A DNA stretch of 57,578 nt from a virus. Its lineage: Duplodnaviria; Caudoviricetes. Below, one piece after another: positions 47,750 through 56,301 of the stretch. Position 1 is the first letter of the stretch; every line of letters begins with the position of its first letter. The DNA is taken from IMG/VR virus record IMGVR_UViG_3300019752_000009, positions 1 through 57,578 of that record. One strand, 5' to 3'. The notes below the pieces were generated by a model. The model ran no database searches, was not told the origin of the DNA, and saw only the letters and a program-made list of their open reading frames with translations. Position numbers and translations under genes: made by a program.

Positions 47750-48871
47750 ATGCCTGATACCGCGAACGAAGAATTATTAGATGGTTATGCATCCCACGCT
47801 ATCTATGTTAATAGGCTGGCTAGTGGTCTGGCTAATGATATGGATAAACATCTTGATAAGATACTAGCTTCATACACTAGCCTGCTTTACGATGCTGGCG
47901 AAGTATCTGATAAAACAGATGATGAAGTTAATGAATTACTAGGTAAAATTTACAATGAGATAAATAAGGGTTATGTTAAATCATTTGCTGACCATCAGGA
48001 ATCATTAAATGATCTAGCTGATTATGAAACTGATTTTAAAGATGCTTTATTAGCATCGGTTTTAATTCCACTATTACTAAAACCAAACCGATACACAAAA
48101 GTTCAATTAACTAAATTAAAAAGAAGACTTAAAACAGAACCTCTTAAATATCATGATGATGAAAATAATTCAAGAACCCTTAAGGAGTGGCGAAATAGTT
48201 TAGCCAAAGATGAAAGGCGTATTATAAGAGAAGCGATTCGTGATGGTGTAAAAAACGGATTAACAAACCGTCAAATTATGAAACGATATCGCGACAGCAA
48301 AACATATGAGGGTCAGAGACGAGATGTGGAAACAACCACTAAGACCAGTACTCTTTATTATGCATCACAATCAAGTCAAGATATTGAATTAAATAACATA
48401 AAATATATAAAAGCGTATAGATGGTTATCTGTTATTGATCGCCGCACAACACCAAGGTGCAGAGCTTTGCAGGGGCAGGTATGGATTGAAGGGGAAGTTC
48501 CAGCAAGACCACCGATACATCAAAGATGCAGAAGTGTGTTGGTGCCAGTATTGAGGTCAGCAGAAGCTATGGGTGTTAAGAGAAATAAAGTTGGTGCTTT
48601 AGCTTATGATAAATTCATGGGTGAAATACCTGCTGAACCCGATCTAACTGCTCAATATAGAAAACAAGCTAGGTCAGTTGCTGGTAGAGAACAAGTTGAT
48701 AAGATTCTAGGTAAAAAATATGCAGCAGCAGTTGTTGACGGTGTTTATAACCCAGCTACAAAAAAAAGAGTTAAACTTAGTTTAGATGAATTTGTTGGAA
48801 GTGATTTTGAACAATTAACCTTGAAACAGGTTATGGAGAATGAAGGGTTGGTTTTTAAGAAACCAAAATAA
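47750..48871 (+). CDS. Minor head morphogenesis protein (SPP1 gp7/Mu gpF family)
   Basis: YRWLSVIDRRTTPRCRALQG, PPIHQRCRSVLVP. Confidence 0.88.
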   Translation: MPDTANEELLDGYASHAIYVNRLASGLANDMDKHLDKILASYTSLLYDAGEVSDKTDDEVNELLGKIYNEINKGYVKSFADHQESLNDLADYETDFKDALLASVLIPLLLKPNRYTKVQLTKLKRRLKTEPLKYHDDENNSRTLKEWRNSLAKDERRIIREAIRDGVKNGLTNRQIMKRYRDSKTYEGQRRDVETTTKTSTLYYASQSSQDIELNNIKYIKAYRWLSVIDRRTTPRCRALQGQVWIEGEVPARPPIHQRCRSVLVPVLRSAEAMGVKRNKVGALAYDKFMGEIPAEPDLTAQYRKQARSVAGREQVDKILGKKYAAAVVDGVYNPATKKRVKLSLDEFVGSDFEQLTLKQVMENEGLVFKKPK

Positions 48872-48872
48872 T

Positions 48873-48899
48873 AAAGCCCCAATTAAGGGGCTAGTTTTT
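48873..48899. terminator. Terminator at convergence of the two arms
   Basis: agcccc-aattaa-ggggct. Confidence 0.7.
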
Positions 48900-48947
48900 A
48901 CTACTTTAACTCATCCCGAATCAAAGGAGTTATCACAAATGTGATTC

Positions 48948-49024
48948 TGGTATCCCCAACAGGACTCGAACCTGTTGCCTTAAGTTTAGGAAACTTACGC
49001 TCTATCCAGATGAGCTATGGGGAT
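48948..49024 (-). tRNA. tRNA-Arg(CCU)
   Basis: ATCCCCA/TGGGGAT acceptor, loop TTCCTAA, TTCGA, encoded CCA. Confidence 0.9.
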
Positions 49025-49031
49025 AATTATA

Positions 49032-49247
49032 TTATGTTTTAGATATTGAATCAGTCCAGCATGAACTGAGAAACTGATCTAATGTTACTTTATTATCCTC
49101 TGTGAATTCAGCTCTAGCTGAAGAGATTAATAGAGAAAGAACTTGAATAATTCTACATTCATGATAGAATCCCTGAGCACAGACTTTCTTGAAAATTTTC
49201 TTTAAAATCCATAATTCTAATGAATTTAGAGGCTTATCTGCATACAT
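49032..49247 (-). CDS. Hypothetical protein within tRNA region
   Basis: 71-aa ORF, GGA upstream. Confidence 0.55.
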   Translation of the reverse strand: MYADKPLNSLELWILKKIFKKVCAQGFYHECRIIQVLSLLISSARAEFTEDNKVTLDQFLSSCWTDSISKT

Positions 49248-49287
49248 AAATCATTCCAATATATTGTTAAGTAATACTTTAATTCGC

Positions 49288-49542
49288 TTATTGTTTACAA
49301 GTAGTGTCTTTGATTTCTTGCTTATCGAAGCATGTTAAAGATAACCCGTGACCAGTTCTAGCCATAAGACATATTTTATTCGGGTATGACTTTGGTGTAA
49401 ACTCATAGATAATTGAGTTTACACCAAAAATATCTAACTCAATTTTACGAGTCAACTCATGTTCACTAATAACCTCAGCACTAGCTGTATAACCAATCCC
49501 CATACTAGCTACTACAACCATCACACTAATAAATCGTTTCAT
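49288..49542 (-). CDS. Secreted/periplasmic small protein
   Basis: Signal peptide MKRFISVMVVVASMGIGYTASA. Confidence 0.65.
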   Translation of the reverse strand: MKRFISVMVVVASMGIGYTASAEVISEHELTRKIELDIFGVNSIIYEFTPKSYPNKICLMARTGHGLSLTCFDKQEIKDTTCKQ

Positions 49543-49569
49543 AACTACAAACCTACATCAAAAAAATAC

Positions 49570-49646
49570 TGGTGCCCCATGAAGGACTTGAACCTAAAAC
49601 CTACCGATTATGAGTCGGTTGCTCTAACCAATTGAGCTAATGGGGC
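49570..49646 (-). tRNA. tRNA-CAU, Ile2-like (T-stem has two mismatches)
   Basis: GCCCCAT acceptor, ACCGA-CTCATAA-TCGGT, CCA. Confidence 0.75.
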
Positions 49647-49652
49647 AATATT

Positions 49653-49729
<77 letters not shown>

Positions 49730-49736
49730 AATATCT

Positions 49737-49824
49737 TGGAGGAAGATAAGGGAGTTGAACCCTTACAACTATCACTAGTCATCACGGTTTTCAAGACCGA
49801 TAAGCACGCCACATGCGATCTTCC
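49737..49824 (-). tRNA. tRNA-Ser(UGA), atypical D-arm
   Basis: GGAAGAT/ATCTTCC acceptor, loop CTTGAAA, long variable arm, CCA. Confidence 0.75.
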
Positions 49825-49829
49825 TAATT

Positions 49830-49904
49830 TGGCTGGCAAGGTAGGAATCGAACCTACGACAAAGTGATTAACAGTCACCTACTCTACCTCTGAGTTACAT
49901 GCCA
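49830..49904 (-). tRNA. tRNA-Asn(GUU)
   Basis: GTGA-CTGTTAA-TCAC, G73, CCA. Confidence 0.88.
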
Positions 49905-49911
49905 TTTAAAC

Positions 49912-49987
49912 TGGTGCTACGTGAGGGACTTGAACCCGCAACCTATCGGTTAAAAGCCGAGTGCTCTACCAGTTGAGCTAACGTAGC
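49912..49987 (-). tRNA. tRNA-Lys(UUU)
   Basis: TCGG-CTTTTAA-CCGA, CCA. Confidence 0.9.
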
Positions 49988-49992
49988 GTATT

Positions 49993-50068
49993 TGGTTGCG
50001 GTGGCGTGACTCGAACACGCGACCTTTAGGTTATGAGCCTAACGAGCTTCCATCTGCTCCACACCGCT
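49993..50068 (-). tRNA. tRNA-Met(CAU), initiator-like
   Basis: A1:A72 mismatch, TGGAGCAG D-arm start, TTAGG-CTCATAA-CCTAA, CCA. Confidence 0.85.
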
Positions 50069-50078
50069 ATAATGTATA

Positions 50079-50155
50079 TGGTCTGTGCGGTAGGATTTGA
50101 ACCTACGACTACTCCCTTCCAAGGGGAGAACTCTACCAGACTGAGCTACACACAG
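50079..50155 (-). tRNA. tRNA-Pro(UGG)
   Basis: CTCCC-CTTGGAA-GGGAG, C1-G72, CCA. Confidence 0.9.
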
Positions 50156-50162
50156 AGTAAAT

Positions 50163-50252
50163 TGGTGGAATGGGTTGGAATCGAACCAACAAAGACTTAT
50201 TGACAATGCCGCTGATTTACAGTCAGCTTATCTCACCTATGAATGCCATTCC
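50163..50252 (-). tRNA. tRNA-Tyr(GUA)
   Basis: GCTGA-CTGTAAA-TCAGC, long variable arm, CCA. Confidence 0.88.
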
Positions 50253-50258
50253 ATATCT

Positions 50259-50345
50259 TGGTACGGGTAGTAGGATTTGAACCTACACGCTTTTTACGGC
50301 AATGGATTCTAAATCCATCATGTCTACCAATTTCATCATACCCGC
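50259..50345 (-). tRNA. tRNA-Leu(UAG)
   Basis: ATGGA-TTTAGAA-TCCAT, long variable arm, CCA. Confidence 0.9.
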
Positions 50346-50434
50346 GTATTAAATATAGTTATGGTTCGGAGTGCTTAACAGAAAAATAAATTAGAAATTA
50401 AAGAAAGATAATTTATTTCCGAACCATGTGAAGT

Positions 50435-50462
50435 ATTATAGCACCGTTATTTTATAATGCAA
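50435..50462 (-). promoter_or_regulatory. Promoter of tRNA operon
   Basis: TTGCAT-16bp-TATAAT with TG extension. Confidence 0.7.
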
Positions 50463-50470
50463 CCCCTAAA

Positions 50471-52597
50471 TCAAATTAATTCAGAATTAATGTAATTAAT
50501 ATTAAAAGGAGTGACTGTGTTTTTACCATCAACATCATCCAAACTAAAGATAATGTCAGCATCATCAATGTCTTGAACAATTTTTCCGCGCTCTCTAGCG
50601 TTCATTGTTACCAACTCTAATAATGTAACCTGATTTTTACGATTAACAAAAAACTTCACAGTTTCACGCGTAGAAGCAAAATTACTTTCAATATTATTTG
50701 GTTTACCAACCCTATCGGTGTTATAAATATCAACCCAAACTACTTCTTTTGTTTTTAAGTCAAAAATAGCGGGTATTGAAGTGCGAGATTCACCAGTTAA
50801 TGATACTTTCTGCTGCACAGTCGATGGTTCATATATTTCACCGCTATTAGGTTTTTCTCTACCCATCCACCCACAGTAAACAGTGTCATGTTCTGAAAAA
50901 TTATCACCAGAATAAACTCTGACGCTCATAACTATATATCTAGCACCAGCTTCAAATGATTGTTTAGTGTTTACGTCAATAAACTCTGAGGCACCATTAG
51001 GTGCTGCGGTTATATCACCAGAATGATAACTATCAAATTTACCACTTCTTAACTTAGTGTAGGAAACATGACCAATAGAATTAAATTCATCATCTAGGAA
51101 TTGCGCTGATAAGTCAATATCTTGACCAACCCAATAAACGAACATTCTAATTACATCCTTTTCAGTTTCAAAAGGAATTCTTGATCCACGTGCCAAAGTA
51201 AATTTAGAATCACTTGCGCTACGTTGCTGACTTGGTAAAAATATCTTATCTAACCTACTATCAACATAAACATTACCCATCTTGCTTTTACCACCTAACT
51301 TAAAAGATATTTCATCTTGAATAACGCCTAATAATTGCGTAAGTGCATAAGTGTGGATTGCCTTAATATCTTTTTTCACAATCCTGATATTTTGCGTAAG
51401 CGATTTTGGAATAATGAACTTTTCATTATATGCTGTGAATCTGGTTTTAAAATGTCCAAGTAATTGCAGCAAGATTTTAACATCAACACCGTTCACCACT
51501 TTCTTGAATTCCTTCAACACAAATATTTGTGTGAACTCACTATCACATTCTGTTAGGATTTTATCTAACCGTCTAGCAAATTCAGTAGGTCGACTTGATA
51601 GTAAAGTTGTTAGTTTAGGTATAATTTGTTCTGACTTAATGGTACTATCTTTAATATGAGAGAGATCATTAATTAATCTTTCTATATTAGTGTTAAATGA
51701 TGTTAGTGTTTTATTTTTTCTCAGTTTTAATGCGATTAGATAACATCTAGTGAAACTATCTTTATACTCACCCACATGAAGACCGTGAAATAACTTACCC
51801 CATTTACCACTGTGACGCTTGATATCTTCTTCTTTAATTAAAGATTCCAACATAGATAAAATTAAACGTCGCTGCTTACGCTTGAAACTAATAAATTTTG
51901 TGTTAGTTGAAAGTGATACATCACCACCTGATAAATAAGTACACACCCTCAATACATCGGTTGAGTTTTTAATTAAGTTATCAGGTACCTTCTCACCTTT
52001 ACGAATAAATTCCCCCGCAACAATACATGCAGTTTCTTTATATTCAACTAAAGAAAAATCTGAGCACATATCTAATGAATTTATAAGTAGGTTCTTATCT
52101 TGTTCTGATAATGATTCTTTTGAGTTTAAGATGTTATTAAGCACACCTTTAACATCGTCGATATCACAACTACCAATTAAGGTTAAGTTAGTGTCTTCAT
52201 ATAAAGGTGAGCGTTCATCGTTAGTTGCATCAGGAAAAAACTTACCGTCACTTGCATAATGCATTAGTGCGTTATAATACAAATTATTTCGTTCAACACT
52301 TAAAACTTGATTAGGGAATCCTTCATACATTACTTTAAAATCCGTGTCTAATCCAGATTCATTATACATAAACTCTAAATAAGTTTCACATATCTTTTTT
52401 AACGACGTAATATTATCGCACGAAAATAACTCACGAATTAAAACGCTTGATAATGAATAACCTAGTTTTTTAGATTCAACTATAAAGTTAATAATAAAAT
52501 TATACTTCTCTTTACTAGATATCTCGACAGAATCTTGAATAGGAATAAGTATAGATTTTAATTTTTTAAATGCAATTAGATGGGTGTTTTTATCCAT
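50471..52597 (-). CDS. 708-aa alpha-helical protein with C-terminal TerD-like domain (possible Ro60/TROVE-related RNA-binding protein)
   Basis: TerD-like DIDLSA, HSGDITAAPNGASEFID; N-terminal MYEGFP, TDVLR, LHVGEY, RPTEFARRLD; likely start MDKN at 52597. Confidence 0.7.
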   Translation of the reverse strand: MDKNTHLIAFKKLKSILIPIQDSVEISSKEKYNFIINFIVESKKLGYSLSSVLIRELFSCDNITSLKKICETYLEFMYNESGLDTDFKVMYEGFPNQVLSVERNNLYYNALMHYASDGKFFPDATNDERSPLYEDTNLTLIGSCDIDDVKGVLNNILNSKESLSEQDKNLLINSLDMCSDFSLVEYKETACIVAGEFIRKGEKVPDNLIKNSTDVLRVCTYLSGGDVSLSTNTKFISFKRKQRRLILSMLESLIKEEDIKRHSGKWGKLFHGLHVGEYKDSFTRCYLIALKLRKNKTLTSFNTNIERLINDLSHIKDSTIKSEQIIPKLTTLLSSRPTEFARRLDKILTECDSEFTQIFVLKEFKKVVNGVDVKILLQLLGHFKTRFTAYNEKFIIPKSLTQNIRIVKKDIKAIHTYALTQLLGVIQDEISFKLGGKSKMGNVYVDSRLDKIFLPSQQRSASDSKFTLARGSRIPFETEKDVIRMFVYWVGQDIDLSAQFLDDEFNSIGHVSYTKLRSGKFDSYHSGDITAAPNGASEFIDVNTKQSFEAGARYIVMSVRVYSGDNFSEHDTVYCGWMGREKPNSGEIYEPSTVQQKVSLTGESRTSIPAIFDLKTKEVVWVDIYNTDRVGKPNNIESNFASTRETVKFFVNRKNQVTLLELVTMNARERGKIVQDIDDADIIFSLDDVDGKNTVTPFNINYINSELI

Positions 52598-52619
52598 GTT
52601 TCTCTTTTTTAATATAAGA

Positions 52620-52946
52620 GGGTAGTTACCAAGCGTGATTTTTAACATAAAAAAAATTATAGAAGTAACGCTTGGTATAGCCCGTAGAAAGGAAGTTGAT
52701 TAGTGATAGATGTTTTCCTACTATGGATGGTAGAAAAACTAAAGTTAAATAGAAGTATCACTAATCCTAGCCTTGGTAGTTAGGATGTTAACTGGTGTTT
52801 TCTTTTAGATGTAATGCCTATTGCAGGATATTATCCTGCGTAGAAGTATCACCAGTTATTGCCTGTGTTTATTTAATGTTTCTTAGGATATTATCTAAAG
52901 TGTTATTTCCAGCAAATATTTAGAAGTATCTTTAGGTGTTGCCTAA
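52620..52946 (-). ncRNA. Tandem array of four structured RNA units
   Basis: Units 52620-52683, 52689-52774, 52782-52864, 52883-52946; each GGC(A/U)AN-stem-UACUUCUA-variable loop-stem'-AAYNNCC with different but complementary stems. Confidence 0.8.
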
Positions 52947-52959
52947 TCAACATATACAC

Positions 52960-52987
52960 ATTATAGCTTATATAGTTAGTAATGCAA
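52960..52987 (-). promoter_or_regulatory. Promoter of RNA array plus TerD-domain gene
   Basis: TTGCAT-16bp-TATAAT; predicted start a few nt before the first unit. Confidence 0.7.
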
Positions 52988-53015
52988 GCTTGTGTTTGAA
53001 ATAATTTGCATTTAT

Positions 53016-53510
53016 TTAACAAAATTCCACATAACCATTGTCAGCACCGCATTCAAACGCGCTTTTAAAGCCATCAAATCTTTCTTCAAAGAACTCTTCT
53101 AAAATACTGTCAGGCTTAAATGACTTAACCATCTCATAATACACGTCACCATGAATCTTATTTAGATCGCTATAAATCTTCTTGCAAGCCGCACTATCAA
53201 ACTGATCACACTCATTTACCTCCTGAAACAATGTAGGCTCGCCATTTTCATGATAACCAGATTTTACAGCTAATTTATTCAGCACTTCGATAAATTCAGC
53301 AAAAGAATGACCGCTTCCCATGTTAGTCCCGTCATCCCCTCCATGCTCCCATACCGTGCCATCTTTAAACTTTCCAGAACACTTCCCTTCTCCATACACG
53401 CGCATTACATAATCCCGTTCATCCTCATGAAATTCATCTTCAAATTCTTCAGGAGTCATGTTTTCACTGTATAACTTACAATCAGGATAAACTAAAACTT
53501 CAACACTCAT
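53016..53510 (-). CDS. Hypothetical acidic protein
   Basis: GGAGG RBS, coupled; very D/E-rich. Confidence 0.75.
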   Translation of the reverse strand: MSVEVLVYPDCKLYSENMTPEEFEDEFHEDERDYVMRVYGEGKCSGKFKDGTVWEHGGDDGTNMGSGHSFAEFIEVLNKLAVKSGYHENGEPTLFQEVNECDQFDSAACKKIYSDLNKIHGDVYYEMVKSFKPDSILEEFFEERFDGFKSAFECGADNGYVEFC

Positions 53511-53734
53511 TACTTGCCCTCCTTAATTACACACATTCCAGTTATGGTAACAATATCCTTATTACGATATATAACATGAGTTCTCATGTCGCTTGTAACC
53601 ACATCTTTAATGCTATTATCGTTAGCACTAAAAACCTCCACTCCACCACTATAACACTTCACATTATAACTCTTAGCTTCTGTATTGCAGCCAACTAACA
53701 AACCAACCATACCTAATAATAAAATCTTTTTCAT
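53510..53734 (-). CDS. Lipoprotein
   Basis: MKKILLLGMVGLLVGC lipobox. Confidence 0.75.
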   Translation of the reverse strand: MKKILLLGMVGLLVGCNTEAKSYNVKCYSGGVEVFSANDNSIKDVVTSDMRTHVIYRNKDIVTITGMCVIKEGK

Positions 53735-53785
53735 ATATTGTTCCCTATAAAAAATAAAACCCTCATGACAAGGGCAACACTTTAA

Positions 53786-54100
53786 TTATAACATATTATG
53801 CGCCCCCAACACACCAAGCTTGCTTTTCTCATCAAGTTCTAAACCCATATCAACTACCCCACCCAAATATTCCTGCATAAAAATGATTGATAAATCCCAT
53901 CCAAAGCAATCTGATAAAGTCTTGGTTAATATTTCACCAGATTGCTTTTCTATAGCATCCTTGGCATCTTGTTGCAATACTTTAAACCCTTGTGGTTTAC
54001 CATTATTATCATAATTAATTAGTGACTCAAGAATCAGATTAAAAAGTGTATCCGTGTTATCCAACCCTTGATAATAATTTTCTACTTGTTGTGGTGTCAT
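53786..54100 (-). CDS. Hypothetical protein
   Basis: AAGGA RBS. Confidence 0.7.
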   Translation of the reverse strand: MTPQQVENYYQGLDNTDTLFNLILESLINYDNNGKPQGFKVLQQDAKDAIEKQSGEILTKTLSDCFGWDLSIIFMQEYLGGVVDMGLELDEKSKLGVLGAHNML

Positions 54101-54148
54101 ATTTTATCCTTATCGCCGCCAATATAAATTAACGACGTACCATAATTG

Positions 54149-54334
54149 TTAGTTATACTTATTAACTGTTACGATGATATTTTCAAATCTACCGCTAGTG
54201 TTTAGCTGAATTTCAACATCAGTAACAACGTACTTAACCTTATTAATGGTAACTTTATCTCCTAGATTAGGAGAAACTTTTTCATCACACCCATCAAGGA
54301 TGATATTACCATTCAAATCCTTAAAAACCATCAT
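54149..54334 (-). CDS. Small beta-rich protein, paralog family P..G.KV
   Basis: PNLGDKVTINKVKYVVTDV. Confidence 0.65.
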   Translation of the reverse strand: MMVFKDLNGNIILDGCDEKVSPNLGDKVTINKVKYVVTDVEIQLNTSGRFENIIVTVNKYN

Positions 54335-55504
54335 TCACATCTTCTCCTTAAACTCATAAGCTGGTTCTTCTGGGTCGTTATAAGCTTCCCCATACATAGC
54401 AATAAGCGCGTATTCAATTCGTGCCAGCTCTTGAATATTATACCCATTATCATCAGCAAGCTGAGATTGAATGTAATCATGAATCAGATTCAGCGCAGCT
54501 TCATCCTGATAAATAAATGTGTTTTGTTGCCAATCGGGATTTCTTACTAAACTCAGCTTACCGACTTTATCAGCAACATTATAAAGTTCCTCATCAACCC
54601 TAATTGTCTCAAGCAAGAATTCAACATCCCAAACATAGCCAACGATAAATGGCTCTATCCGCATGTTTTTAACATGCACATTGTGCAGCATCATAAATAG
54701 ATCCTGCTGTAAATCATACAGTTGATTATCATCCTCAGCCCAATTGTAAGCGCAACCTACACTATCTTGAAAATCAAGAAAGTCTTTTGCAATTTTCTTT
54801 AAAGCTGTTTTTGTGGTAAAGAATGGATTATCGCAAGGTGTATCCACATAATTTTCAATTAGAAATGATTTAAGATACCTGAAAGCTTTAGTTCTCTGTT
54901 CATCGGCATTCAGATAATCTACGTGCCCACTAATACTCATGTACTGACAATCGTTTTCAGCACCGTAGTTATATTTCCCGCTGTGATACCATGATGTCAT
55001 TAACGCAGCTGTATCAGGCTCTATATACCCGCTAGCCGATTTAACATAATTCATAAAATCTACATCTTGAAAATAAAACCGTTGACAGTTATTCTCATGC
55101 GGTTTGATGAAACGCCCCATACGGTGAGCATCATACACTAAATCAACAGATTGCCGATCTTGACAGAATTTAGTTTCAAGTGTTAGACCTTTTTTCTGGT
55201 AACACTTGTATTCCTTTCCATCATCCTGCACTAATGTCATGCATTCAGAAACAAATTCAAGAGCGTCTAGCAAGCATATCTCGCGAACATTCTCACTAAA
55301 ACAATCATCTTTGAGAGAATCTTTCGTAACAATGCCATTAATATCTACAATAACACCACTCATTAACTCGCAGAATTGAGAGCTGAAAAACTTGACATGG
55401 TGATCAAAATGTTTAAGCTTCTTGATACCTAAAACAAGCTGTTCTTTACGTTTATCTAAAATCTCGTTGTACTTTTCACTCATGGAATCTCCTTGGTGCG
55501 GCAA
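54335..55504 (-). CDS. Hypothetical protein
   Basis: 389-aa ORF; AAGGAG before MSEK suggests an internal start. Confidence 0.75.
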   Translation of the reverse strand: MPHQGDSMSEKYNEILDKRKEQLVLGIKKLKHFDHHVKFFSSQFCELMSGVIVDINGIVTKDSLKDDCFSENVREICLLDALEFVSECMTLVQDDGKEYKCYQKKGLTLETKFCQDRQSVDLVYDAHRMGRFIKPHENNCQRFYFQDVDFMNYVKSASGYIEPDTAALMTSWYHSGKYNYGAENDCQYMSISGHVDYLNADEQRTKAFRYLKSFLIENYVDTPCDNPFFTTKTALKKIAKDFLDFQDSVGCAYNWAEDDNQLYDLQQDLFMMLHNVHVKNMRIEPFIVGYVWDVEFLLETIRVDEELYNVADKVGKLSLVRNPDWQQNTFIYQDEAALNLIHDYIQSQLADDNGYNIQELARIEYALIAMYGEAYNDPEEPAYEFKEKM

Positions 55505-55549
55505 ACTAATACCGCTAAAATATGAATACTTAGGGTTATCTGCTACGAT

Positions 55550-55777
55550 TTAACATCTACGATCATATGCGTCCCTCAAGAAAATAACGATGTGAGGGTT
55601 ATCATGAGAAATTATATTAACAATATCGGTCACAACATAGGTTTTTTTATCATCTGGAAGTAACACCTTCTCCCCTTTTCGTGGAAGAAAATCAATATCT
55701 TTATGCTCACACAGTGCTTCTCCAATACATTGATTTGGCACATATCTACCCAACACAAATTTAACAGTCATTCTCAA
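55550..55777 (-). CDS. Small beta-rich protein, paralog family
   Basis: PRKGEKVLLPDDKKTYVVTDI. Confidence 0.65.
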   Translation of the reverse strand: MRMTVKFVLGRYVPNQCIGEALCEHKDIDFLPRKGEKVLLPDDKKTYVVTDIVNIISHDNPHIVIFLRDAYDRRC

Positions 55778-56018
55778 TGAACTCCTTTAACACAACTACA
55801 ACGCTCGACTTTGGTTGACGAACACATTGGCTTGAGGGTTTGCGCATGTGAACGAAAAAGAAAACATCGTCCACAATATAAGAAGGTTCAAAGCCAGATA
55901 ACTTCACCTTATCACCTTTCGTAGGTTGGCGCACTAACCTACTGTCCTCATGCAGGAGTTTACCTTCGAGACTATCTAATACAAATAAAATACTTTCCAC
56001 TCTAAATATCCTCACCAT
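55761..56018 (-). CDS. Small beta-rich protein, paralog family
   Basis: PTKGDKVKL...YIVDDV. Confidence 0.6.
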   Translation of the reverse strand: MVRIFRVESILFVLDSLEGKLLHEDSRLVRQPTKGDKVKLSGFEPSYIVDDVFFFVHMRKPSSQCVRQPKSSVVVVLKEFIENDC

Positions 56019-56244
56019 TACCTAATTTACTAACCATTAATGTAGCACCTTCACACCTGCCGTACTCAATCGTTCCATCATCCTTAATGTTGGCGTGGGT
56101 GGCAGTTATATTGTATTTAACTTTACGCACAACCCAGTCAACCCCTCTTATAGATAAAATTGAACGCGTCTGAGGTGCTGACATTTCACCATAACCACCC
56201 ACTAAAACCTTACCGCTTTTTAGACAAACCACAGTGATATTCAT
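56002..56244 (-). CDS. Small beta-rich protein, possible distant paralog
   Basis: AAGGA RBS; P......IRGVDWVVRKV. Confidence 0.65.
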   Translation of the reverse strand: MNITVVCLKSGKVLVGGYGEMSAPQTRSILSIRGVDWVVRKVKYNITATHANIKDDGTIEYGRCEGATLMVSKLGNGEDI

Positions 56245-56301
56245 TATTTATTCCTTGTTAATTTTACACTCGTTAAAACACCAATTATACACGCCATCAA
56301 C

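Noticed and set aside
49737-49824. tRNA-Sec or suppressor (5' GGAAGATCG resembles selC)
   Set aside because: Anticodon is UGA (reads UCA, Ser), not UCA; acceptor stem is 7 bp
50259-50345. Amber suppressor or stop-codon recoding
   Set aside because: Anticodon UAG reads CUA (Leu); genes are intact in the standard code and all three stops are used
52598-52648. 17-aa N-terminal extension of the TerD-domain ORF
   Set aside because: ATG 52648 lies in the loop of an RNA unit with no RBS; ATG 52597 has AAGAGA upstream
52620-52946. CRISPR or TIGR array
   Set aside because: No identical direct repeats, unit length varies, no recognisable cas or Nop-domain gene; conservation is structural
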